Assembly (NCBI GenBank): GCA_964016885.1
Contig: OZ024741.1
Location: forward strand, 246,202,001 to 246,266,000
Length of the DNA: 64,000 nucleotides
DNA from: Eledone cirrhosa
Lineage: Eukaryota
Reading direction: 5' to 3'
The notes beneath the pieces were generated by a model. That model did not search any database, was not told the origin of the DNA, and saw nothing but the letters and a program-made list of their open reading frames with translations. Positions within the stretch are counted from its first letter, which is position 1, and every line of letters starts with the position of its first letter. The translations under genes and the position numbers were made by a program. Below, piece by piece: positions 40,401 through 52,700 of this stretch.

Positions 40401-43400
40401 AATATTATCTTCCCTTGGCTGGCGGGAAATTATCTCCCCTTGGACGGCTGAAAATTATCTCCCCTTGGACGGCTGGAAATTATCTCCCCTTGATTTTTTT
40501 TACAAATTATCTCCCCCTGACTTTTTTTTACAAATTATCTCCCCCTGATTTTTTTTACAAATTATCTCCCCCTGATTTTTTTACAAATTATCTCCCCTTG
40601 GCTGGCTGGAAATTACCTCCCCTTGTAGGCTGGAATTTATCTCCCCTTGGACGGCTAGAAATTACCTCTACTTGGACGGCTGGAAAATATGTCTCCTTGG
40701 ACGGCTGGATATTATCTCCCCTTGGACGGCTGGAAATTATCTCCCCTTGGACGGCTGGAAATTATCTCCCCTTGATTTTTTTTACAAATTATCTCCCCCT
40801 GATTTTTTTACAAATCTCCCAGTGATTTTTAAAAAAAAATTATCTTCCCTTCGCTGGCTGGAAATTATCTCCCCTTGGACGCTGGAAATTATAGCCCCTT
40901 GGAGGGCTGGAAATTATCTTCCCTTGGACGGCTGGAAATTATCTCCCCTTGATTTTTTTTACAAATTATCTCCCCCTGATTTTTTTTTACAAATTATCTC
41001 CCCCTGATTTTTTTTTACAACTTATCTGCGCCTGATTTTTTTAAAAAAATTATCTCCCCTTGGACGGCTGGAAATTATCTCCCCTTGGACGGCTGGAAAT
41101 TATCTCTCCTTGGACGGCTAGAATTTACCTCTCCTTGGACGGCTGAAAATTATCTCCCCTTGGACGGCTGGAAATTATCTCCCCTTGATTTTTTTTACAA
41201 ATTATCTCCCCCTGATTTTTTTTTACAAATTATCTCCCCCTGATTTTTTTTTACAAATTATCTCCCCCTGATTTTTTTTTACAAATTATCTCCCCCTGAT
41301 TTTTTTTACAAATTATCTCCCCCTGATTTTTTTACAAATTATCTCCCCTTGGCTGGCTGGAAATTATCTCCCCTTGGAGGCTGGAACTTATCTCCCCTTG
41401 GACGGCTAGAAATTACCTCTCCTTGGACGGCTGAAAATTATCTCCCCTTGGACGGCTGGAAATTATCTCCCCTTGATTTTTTTACAAATTATCTCCCCCT
41501 GATTTTTTTTTACAAATTATCTCCCCCTGATTTTTTTTTACAAATTATCTACCCCTGATTTTTTTTTACAAATTATCTCCCCCTGATTTTTTTTTACAAA
41601 TTATCTACCCCTGATTTTTTTTACAAATTATCTCCCCCCGATTTTTTTTACAAATTATCTCCCCTTGATTTTTTTTTTTACAAATTATCTCCCCCTGATT
41701 TTTTTACAAATTATCTCCCCCTGATTTTTTTTACAAATTATCTCCGCCGGATTTTTTTAAATATTATCTTCCCTTGGCTGGCGGGAAATTATCTCCCCTT
41801 GGACGGCTGAAAATTATCTCCCCTTGGACGGCTGGAAATTATCTCCCCTTGATTTTTTTTACAAATTATCTCCCCCTGATTTTTTTTTACAAATTATCTC
41901 CCCCTGATTTTTTTACAAATTATCTCCCCTTGGCTGGCTGGAAATTACCTCCCCTTGTAGGCTGGAATTTATCTCCCCTTGGACGGCTAGAAATTACCTC
42001 TCCTTGGACGGCTGGAAAATATGTCTCCTTGGACGGCTGGATATTATCTCCCCTTGGATGGCTGGAAATTATCTCCCCTTGGACGGCTGGAAATTATCTC
42101 CCCTTGATTTTTTTTACAAATTATCTCCTCCTGATTTTTTTTACAAATCTCCCAATGATTTTTTAAAAAAAATTATCTCCCCTTCGCTGGCTGGAAATTA
42201 TCTCCCCTTGGACGCTGGAAATTATAGCCCCTTGGAGGGCTGGAAATTATCTTCCCTTGGACGGCTGGAAATTATCTCCCCTTGATTTTTTTTACAAATT
42301 ATCTCCCCCTGATTTTTTTTTACAAATTATCTCCCCCTGATTTTTTTTTACAAATTATCTCCCCCTGATTTTTTATTTACAAATTATCTCCGCCTGATTT
42401 TTTTTTAAAAATTACCTCCCCTTGGACGGCTGGAAATTATCTCCCCTTGGACGGCTGGAAATTATCTCCCCTTGGACGGCTAGAAATTATCTCTCCTTGG
42501 ACGGCTGAAAATTATCTCCCCTTGGACGGCTGCAAATTATCTCCCCTTGATTTTTTTTACAAATTATCTCCCCCTGATTTTTTTTACAAATTATCTCCCC
42601 CTGATTTTTTTTACAAATTATCTACCCCTGATTTTTTTTACAAATTATCTCCCCCTGATTTTTTCTTACAAATTATCTCCCCCTGATTTTTTTTACAAAT
42701 TATCTCCGCCTGATTTTTTTAAATATTATCTTCCCTTGGCTGGCGGGAAATTATCTCCCCTTGGACGGCTGGAAATTATCTGCCCTTGATTTTTTTTACA
42801 AATTATCTCCCCCTGATTTTTTTTTTACAAATTATCTCCCCCTAATTTTTTTTTACAAATTATCTCCCCCTGATTTTTTTTACAAATTATCTCCCCCCTG
42901 ATTTTTTTACAAATTATCTCCCCTTGGCTGGCTGGAAATTATCTCCCCTTGGAGGCTGGAACTTATCTCCCCTTGGACGGCTAGATATTACCTCCCCTTG
43001 GACGGCTGGAAATTATCTCCCCTTGGACGGCTGGAAATTATCTCCCCTTGGATGGCTAGATATTACCTCCCCTTGGACGGCTGGAAATTATCTCCCCTTG
43101 ATTTTGTTTACAAATTATCTCCCCCTGATTTTTTTTTACAAATTATCTCCCCCTGATTTTTTTTTACAAATTATCTCCCCCTGATTTTTGTTTACAAATT
43201 ATCTCCGCCTGATTTTTTTTTTAAAATTATCTCCCCTTGGACGGCTGGAAATTATCTCCCCTCGGACGGCTAGAAATTACCTCTCCTTGGACGGCTGAAA
43301 ATTATCTCCCCTTGGACGGCTGGAAATTATCTCCCCTTGATTTTTTTACAAATTATCTCCCCCTGATTTTTTTTTTACAAATTATCTCCCCCTGATTTTT

Positions 43401-43760
43401 TTTTAGAAATTATCTACCCCTGATTTGTTTTTACAAATTATCTCCCCCTGATTTTTTTTTACAAATTATCTACCCCTGATTTTTTTTACAAATTATCTCC
43501 CCCTGATTTTTTTTACAAATTATCTCCCCCTGATTTTTTTTTTACAAATTATCTCCCCCTGATTTTTTTACAAATTATCTCCCCCTGATCTTTTTTACAA
43601 ATTATCTCCGCCGGATTTTTTTAAATATTATCTTCCCTTGGCTTGCGGGAAATTATCTCCCCTTGGACGGCTGAAAATTATCTCCCCTTGGACGGCTGGA
43701 AATTATCTCCCCTTGATTTTTTTTACAAATTATCTCCCCCTGATTTTTTTTTACAAATTA
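25490..43760. repeat. 8,951 bp HOR, tract 2 (two tandem units; the first is 9,298 bp because of a 347 bp duplication)
   Basis: Offsets are 25760/35058 and 26506/35804 = 9,298; 30181/39132, 33973/42924 and 34687/43638 = 8,951. It matches tract 1 at offset 17,039 (8721/25760, 9467/26506). Boundaries are approximate. Confidence 0.93.
29204..29897. repeat. 347 bp tandem duplication inside one HOR unit
   Basis: The marker CCGCCGGA...CTTCCCTTGGCTTGCGGG appears twice (ORF starts 29310 and 29657) where the other units have it once (3320, 12271, 38608). Endpoints are ambiguous by 1-2 B monomers. Confidence 0.93.
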
Positions 43761-46700
43761 TCTTCCCCTGATTTTTTTTACAAATTATCTCCCCCTGATT
43801 TTTTTTTACAAATTATCTCCCCCTGATTTTTTTTACAAATTATCTCCCCCTGATTTTTTTTACAAATTATCTCCCCCTGATTTTTTTTTACAAATTATCT
43901 CCCCCTGATTTTTTTACAAATTATCTCCCCCTGATTTTTTTTACAAATTATCTCCGCCTGATTTTTTAAAATATTATCTCCCCTTGGACGGCTGGAAATT
44001 ATCTGCCCTTGATTTTCTTTTTACAAATTAACTTCCACTGATTTTTTTTACAAATTATCTCCACCTGATTTTTTTAAAAATTATCTCCCCTTGGCTGGAA
44101 ATTATCTCCCCTTGGACGGCTAGAAATTATCTCTCTTTGGACGGCTGGAAATTATCACCCCTTGAGTTTTTTACAAATTATCTCCCCCTGATTTTTTTTA
44201 CAAATCTCCCAGTGATTTTTAAAAAAAAATTATCTTCCCTTCACTGGCTGGAAATTATCTCCCCTTGGACGCTGGAAATTATAGCCGCTTGATTTTTTTT
44301 ACAAATTATCTCCCCCTGATTTTTTTTTACAAATTATCTCCCCCTGATTTTTTTAAAAAAATTATCTCCCCTTGGACGGCTGGAAATTATCTCCCCTTGG
44401 ACGGCTGGAAATTATCTCTCCTTGGACGGCTAGAATTTACCTCTCCTTGGACGGCTGAAAATTATCTCCCCTTGGACGGCTGGAAATTATCTCCCCTTGA
44501 TTTTTTTTACAAATTATCTCCCCCTGATTTTTTTTTACAAATTATCTCCCCCTGATTTTTTTTTACAAATTATCTCCCCCTGATTTTTTTTACAAATTAT
44601 CTCCCCCTGATTTTTTTACAAATTATCTCCCCTTGGCTGGCTGGAAATTATCTCCCCTTGGACGGCAGGAAATTATCTCCCCTTGGATGGCTAGATATTA
44701 CCTCCCCTTGGACGGCTGGAAATTATCTCCCCTTGATTTTTTTTACAAATTATCTGCCCCTGATTTTTTTTTACAAATTATCTCCCCCTGATTTTTTTTT
44801 ACAAATTATCTCCCCCTGATTTTTTTTTTAAAATTATCTCCCCTTGGACGGCTGGAAATTATCTCCCCTTGGACGGCTAGAAATTACCTCTCCTTGGACG
44901 GCTGAAAATTATCTCCCCTTGGACGGCTGGAAATTATCTCCCCTTGATTTTTTTACAAATTATTTCCCCCTGATTTTTTTTTACAAATTATCTCCCCCTG
45001 ATTTTTTTTTACAAATTATCTATCCCTGATTTTTTTTTACAAATTATCTCCCCCTGATTTTTTTTTACAAATTATCTACCCCTGATTTTTTTTTACAAAT
45101 TATCTCCCCCTGATTTTTTTTACAAATTATCTCCCCCTGATTTTTTTTTTTACAAATTATCTCCCCCTGATTTTTTTACAAATTATCTCCCCCTGATTTT
45201 TTTTACAAATTATCTCCGCCGGATTTTTTTAAATATTATCTTCCCTTGGCTGGCGGGAAATTATCTCCCCTTGGACGGCTGAAAATTATCTCCCCTTGGA
45301 CGGCTGGAAATTATCTCCCCTTGGAAGGATGGAAATTATCTCCCCTTGCACGGCTGGAAATTATCTCCCCTTGGCTGGAAATTATCTCCCCTTGGACGGC
45401 TAGAAATTATCTCTCTTTGGACGGCTGGAAATTATCTCCCTTTGATTTTTTTTACAAATTATCTCCCTCTGATTTTTTTTACAAATCTCCCCCTGATTTT
45501 TTTAAAAAAATTATCTCCCCTTCGCTGGCTGGAAATTATCTTCCCTTGGACGGCTGGAAATTATCTCCCCTTGATTTTTTTTACAAATTATCTCCGCCTG
45601 ATTTTTTTTTAAAATTATCTCTCCTTGGACGGCTGGAAATTATCTCCCCTTGATTTTTTTTACAAATAATCTCCCCCTGATTTTTTTTTACAAATTATCT
45701 CCCCCTGATTTTTTTTTACAAATTATCTACCCCTGATTTTTTTTTACAAATTATCTCCCCCTGATTTTTTTTACAAATTATCTCCCCCTGATTTTTCTTT
45801 TACAAATTATCTCCCCCTGATTTTTTTACAAATTATCTCCCCCTGATTTTTTTTACAAATTGTCTCTGCCTGATTTTTTTAAATATTATCTTCCCGTGGC
45901 TGGCGGGAAATTACCTCCCCTTGGACGGCTGGAAATTATCTGTCCTTGATTTTCTTTTTACAAATTATCTTCCACTGATTTTTTTTACAAATTATCTCCA
46001 CCTGATTTTTTTAAAAATTATCTCCCCTTGGAAGGCTGGAAATTATCTCCCCTTGGCTGGAAATTATCTCCCCTTGGACGGCTAGAAATTATCTCTCTTT
46101 GGACGGCTGGAAATTATCACCCCTTGAGTTTTTTACAAATTATCTCCCCCTGATTTTTTTTACAAATCTCCCAGTGATTTTTAAAAAAAAATTATCTCCC
46201 CTTCGCTGGCTGGAAATTATCTCCCCTTGGACGCTGGAAATTATAGCCCCTTGGAGGGCTGGAAATTATCTTCCCTTGGACGGCTGGAAATTATCTCCCC
46301 TTGATTTTTTTTACAAATTATCTCCCCCTGATTTTTTTTTACAAATTATCTTCCCCTGATTTTTTTTTACAACTTATCTGCGCCTGATTTTTTTAAAAAA
46401 ATTATCTCCCCTCGGACGGCTGGAAATTATCTCTCCTTGGACGGCTAGAATTTACCTCTCCTTGGACGGCTGAAAATTATCTCCCCTTGGACGGCTGGAA
46501 ATTATCTCCCCTTGATTTTTTTTACAAATTATCTACCCCTGATTTTTTTTACAAATTATCTCCCCCTGATTTTTTTTACAAATTATCTCCCCCTGATTTT
46601 TTTTTTACAAATTATCTCCCCCTGATTTTTTTACAAATTATCTCCCCCTGATTTTTTTTACAAATTATCTCCGCCGGATTTTTTTAAATATTATCTTCCC

Positions 46701-49700
46701 TTGGCTTGCGGGAAATTATCTCCCCTTGGACGGCTGAAAATTATCTCCCCTTGGACGGCTGGAAATTATCTCCCCTTGATTTTTTTTACAAATTATCTCC
46801 CCCTGACTTTTTTTTACAAATTATCTCCCCCTGATTTTTTTTACAAATTATCTCCCCCTGATTTTTTTACAAATTATCTCCCCTTGGCTGGCTGGAAATT
46901 ACCTCCCCTTGTAGGCTGGAATTTATCTCCCCTTGGACGGCTAGAAATTACCTCTACTTGGACGGCTGGAAAATATGTCTCCTTGGACGGCTGGATATTA
47001 TCTCCCCTTGGACGGCTGGAAATTATCTCCCCTTGGACGGCTGGAAATTATCTCCCCTTGATTTTTTTTACAAATTATCTCCCCCTGATTTTTTTACAAA
47101 TCTCCCAGTGATTTTTAAAAAAAAATTATCTTCCCTTCGCTGGCTGGAAATTATCTCCCCTTGGACGCTGGAAATTATAGCCCCTTGGAGGGCTGGAAAT
47201 TATCTTCCCTTGGACGGCTGGAAATTATCTCCCCTTGATTTTTTTTACAAATTATCTCCCCCTGATTTTTTTTTACAAATTATCTCCCCCTGATTTTTTT
47301 TTACAACTTATCTGCGCCTGATTTTTTTAAAAAAATTATCTCCCCTTGGACGGCTGGAAATTATCTCCCCTTGGACGGCTGGAAATTATCTCTCCTTGGA
47401 CGGCTAGAATTTACCTCTCCTTGGACGGCTGAAAATTATCTCCCCTTGGACGGCTGGAAATTATCTCCCCTTGATTTTTTTTACAAATTATCTCCCCCTG
47501 ATTTTTTTTTACAAATTATCTCCCCCTGATTTTTTTTTACAAATTATCTCCCCCTGATTTTTTTTTACAAATTATCTCCCCCTGATTTTTTTTACAAATT
47601 ATCTCCCCCTGATTTTTTTACAAATTATCTCCCCTTGGCTGGCTGGAAATTATCTCCCCTTGGAGGCTGGAACTTATCTCCCCTTGGACGGCTAGAAATT
47701 ACCTCTCCTTGGACGGCTGAAAATTATCTCCCCTTGGACGGCTGGAAATTATCTCCCCTTGATTTTTTTACAAATTATCTCCCCCTGATTTTTTTTTACA
47801 AATTATCTCCCCCTGATTTTTTTTTACAAATTATCTACCCCTGATTTTTTTTTACAAATTATCTCCCCCTGATTTTTTTTACAAATTATCTCCCCCTGAT
47901 TTTTTTTACAAATTATCTCCCCCTGATTTTTTTTTACAAATTATCTCCCCCTGATTTTTTTACAAATTATCTCCCCCTGATTTTTTTTACAAATTATCTC
48001 CGCCTGATTTTTTAAAATATTATCTCCCCTTGGACGGCTGGAAATTATCTGCCCTTGATTTTCTTTTTACAAATTAACTTCCACTGATTTTTTTTACAAA
48101 TTATCTCCACCTGATTTTTTTAAAAATTATCTCCCCTTGGAAGGCTGGAAATTATCTCCCCTTGGCTGGAAATTATCTCCCCTTGGACGGCTAGAAATTA
48201 TCTCTCTTTGGACGGCTGGAAATTATCACCCCTTGAGTTTTTTACAAATTATCTCCCCCTGATTTTTTTTACAAATCTCCCAGTGATTTTTAAAAAAAAA
48301 TTATCTTCCCTTCGCTGGCTGGAAATTATCTCCCCTTGGACGCTGGAAATTATAGCCCCTTGGAGGGCTGGAAATTATCTTCCCTTGGACGGCTGGAAAT
48401 TATCTCCCCTTGATTTTTTTTACAAATTATCTCCCCCTGATTTTTTTTTACAAATTATCTCCCCCTGATTTTTTTTACAACTAATCTGCGCCTGATTTTT
48501 TTAAAAAAATTATCTCCCCTTGGACGGCTGGAAATTATCTCCCCTTGGACGGCTGGAAATTATCTCTCCTTGGACGGCTGAAAATTATCTCCCCTTGGAC
48601 GGCTGGAAATTATCTCCCCTTGATTTTTTTTACAAATTATCTCCCCCTGATTTTTTTTACAAATTATCTCCCCCTGATTTTTTTTTACAAATTATCTCCC
48701 CCTAATTTTTTTTACAAATTATCTCCCCCTGATTTTTTTACAAATTATCTCCCCTTGGCTGGCTGGAAATTATCTCCCCTTGGAGGCTGGAACTTATCTC
48801 CCCTTGGACGGCTAGAAATTACCTCTCCTTGGACGGCTGGAAAATATGTCTCCTTGGACGGCTGGATATTATCTCACCTTGGACGGCTAGAAATTATCTC
48901 CCCTTGGACGGCAGGAAATTATCTCCCCTTGGATGGCTAGATATTACCTCCCCTTGGACGGCTGGAAATTATCTCCCCTTGATTTTTTTTACAAATTATC
49001 TGCCCCTGATTTTTTTTTACAAATTATCTCCCCCTGATTTTTTTTTACAAATTATCTCCCCCTGATTTTTTTTTTAAAATTATCTCCCCTTGGACGGCTG
49101 GAAATTATCTCCCCTTGGACGGCTAGAAATTACCTCTCCTTGGACGGCTGAAAATTATCTCCCCTTGGACGGCTGGAAATTATCTCCCCTTGATTTTTTT
49201 ACAAATTATTTCCGCCTGATTTTTTTTTACAAATTATCTCCCCCTGATTTTTTTTTACAAATTATCTACCCCTGATTTTTTTTTACAAATTATCTCCCCC
49301 TGATTTTTTTTTACAAATTATCTACCCCTGATTTTTTTTACAAATTATCTCCCCCTGATTTTTTTTACAAATTATCTCCCCCTGATTTTTTTTTTTACAA
49401 ATTATCTCCCCCTGATTTTTTTACAAATTATCTCCCCCTGATTTTTTTTACAAATTATCTCCGCCGGATTTTTTTAAATATTATCTTCCCTTGGCTGGCG
49501 GGAAATTATCTCCCCTTGGACGGCTGAAAATTATCTCCCCTTGGACGGCTGGAAATTATCTCCCCTTGATTTTTTTTACAAATTATCTCCCCCTGACTTT
49601 TTTTTACAAATTATCTCCCCCTGATTTTTTTTACAAATTATCTCCCCCTGATTTTTTTACAAATTATCTCCCCTTGGCTGGCTGGAAATTACCTCCCCTT

Positions 49701-52700
49701 GTAGGCTGGAATTTATCTCCCCTTGGACGGCTAGAAATTACCTCTACTTGGACGGCTGGAAAATATGTCTCCTTGGACGGCTGGATATTATCTCCCCTTG
49801 GACGGCTGGAAATTATCTCCCCTTGGACGGCTGGAAATTATCTCCCCTTGATTTTTTTTACAAATTATCTCCCCCTGATTTTTTTACAAATCTCCCAGTG
49901 ATTTTTAAAAAAAAATTATCTTCCCTTCGCTGGCTGGAAATTATCTCCCCTTGGACGCTGGAAATTATAGCCCCTTGGAGGGCTGGAAATTATCTTCCCT
50001 TGGACGGCTGGAAATTATCTCCCCTTGATTTTTTTTACAAATTATCTCCCCCTGATTTTTTTTTACAAATTATCTCCCCCTGATTTTTTTTTACAACTTA
50101 TCTGCGCCTGATTTTTTTAAAAAAATTATCTCCCCTTGGACGGCTGGAAATTATCTCCCCTTGGACGGCTGGAAATTATCTCTCCTTGGACGGCTAGAAT
50201 TTACCTCTCCTTGGACGGCTGAAAATTATCTCCCCTTGGACGGCTGGAAATTATCTCCCCTTGATTTTTTTTACAAATTATCTCCCCCTGATTTTTTTTT
50301 ACAAATTATCTCCCCCTGATTTTTTTTTACAAATTATCTCCCCCTGATTTTTTTTTACAAATTATCTCCCCCTGATTTTTTTTACAAATTATCTCCCCCT
50401 GATTTTTTTACAAATTATCTCCCCTTGGCTGGCTGGAAATTATCTCCCCTTGGAGGCTGGAACTTATCTCCCCTTGGACGGCTAGAAATTACCTCTCCTT
50501 GGACGGCTGAAAATTATCTCCCCTTGGACGGCTGGAAATTATCTCCCCTTGATTTTTTTACAAATTATCTCCCCCTGATTTTTTTTTACAAATTATCTCC
50601 CCCTGATTTTTTTTTACAAATTATCTACCCCTGATTTTTTTTACAAATTATCTCCCCCTGATTTTTTTTTACAAATTATCTACCCCTGATTTTTTTTACA
50701 AATTATCTCCCCCCGATTTTTTTTACAAATTATCTCCCCTTGATTTTTTTTTTTACAAATTATCTCCCCCTGATTTTTTTACAAATTATCTCCCCCTGAT
50801 TTTTTTTACAAATTATCTCCGCCGGATTTTTTTAAATATTATCTTCCCTTGGCTGGCGGGAAATTATCTCCCCTTGGACGGCTGAAAATTATCTCCCCTT
50901 GGACGGCTGGAAATTATCTCCCCTTGATTTTTTTTACAAATTATCTCCCCCTGATTTTTTTTTACAAATTATCTCCCCCTGATTTTTTTACAAATTATCT
51001 CCCCTTGGCTGGCTGGAAATTACCTCCCCTTGTAGGCTGGAATTTATCTCCCCTTGGACGGCTAGAAATTACCTCTCCTTGGACGGCTGGAAAATATGTC
51101 TCCTTGGACGGCTGGATATTATCTCCCCTTGGATGGCTGGAAATTATCTCCCCTTGGACGGCTGGAAATTATCTCCCCTTGATTTTTTTTACAAATTATC
51201 TCCTCCTGATTTTTTTTACAAATCTCCCAATGATTTTTTTAAAAAAATTATCTCCCCTTCGCTGGCTGGAAATTATCTCCCCTTGGACGCTGGAAATTAT
51301 AGCCCCTTGGAGGGCTGGAAATTATCTTCCCTTGGACGGCTGGAAATTATCTCCCCTTGATTTTTTTTACAAATTATCTCCCCCTGATTTTTTTTTACAA
51401 ATTATCTCCCCCTGATTTTTTTTTACAAATTATCTCCCCCTGATTTTTTATTTACAAATTATCTCCGCCTGATTTTTTTTTAAAAATTACCTCCCCTTGG
51501 ACGGCTGGAAATTATCTCCCCTTGGACGGCTGGAAATTATCTCCCCTTGGACGGCTAGAAATTATCTCTCCTTGGACGGCTGAAAATTATCTCCCCTTGG
51601 ACGGCTGCAAATTATCTCCCCTTGATTTTTTTTACAAATTATCTCCCCCTGATTTTTTTTACAAATTATCTCCCCCTGATTTTTTTTACAAATTATCTAC
51701 CCCTGATTTTTTTTACAAATTATCTCCCCCTGATTTTTTTTTACAAATTATCTCCCCCTGATTTTTTTTACAAATTATCTCCGCCTGATTTTTTTAAATA
51801 TTATCTTCCCTTGGCTGGCGGGAAATTATCTCCCCTTGGACGGCTGGAAATTATCTGCCCTTGATTTTTTTTACAAATTATCTCCCCCTGATTTTTTTTT
51901 TACAAATTATCTCCCCCTAATTTTTTTTTACAAATTATCTCCCCCTGATTTTTTTTACAAATTATCTCCCCCCTGATTTTTTTACAAATTATCTCCCCTT
52001 GGCTGGCTGGAAATTATCTCCCCTTGGAGGCTGGAACTTATCTCCCCTTGGACGGCTAGATATTACCTCCCCTTGGACGGCTGGAAATTATCTCCCCTTG
52101 GACGGCTGGAAATTATCTCCCCTTGGATGGCTAGATATTACCTCCCCTTGGACGGCTGGAAATTATCTCCCCTTGATTTTGTTTACAAATTATCTCCCCC
52201 TGATTTTTTTTTACAAATTATCTCCCCCTAATTTTTTTTTACAAATTATCTCCCCCTGATTTTTGTTTACAAATTATCTCCGCCTGATTTTTTTTTTAAA
52301 ATTATCTCCCCTTGGACGGCTGGAAATTATCTCCCCTCGGACGGCTAGAAATTACCTCTCCTTGGACGGCTGAAAATTATCTCCCCTTGGACGGCTGGAA
52401 ATTATCTCCCCTTGATTTTTTTACAAATTATCTCCCCCTGATTTTTTTTTTACAAATTATCTCCCCCTGATTTTTTTTTAGAAATTATCTACCCCTGATT
52501 TGTTTTTACAAATTATCTCCCCCTGATTTTTTTTTACAAATTATCTACCCCTGATTTTTTTTACAAATTATCTCCCCCTGATTTTTTTTACAAATTATCT
52601 CCCCCTGATTTTTTTTTTACAAATTATCTCCCCCTGATTTTTTTACAAATTATCTCCCCCTGATCTTTTTTACAAATTATCTCCGCCGGATTTTTTTAAA

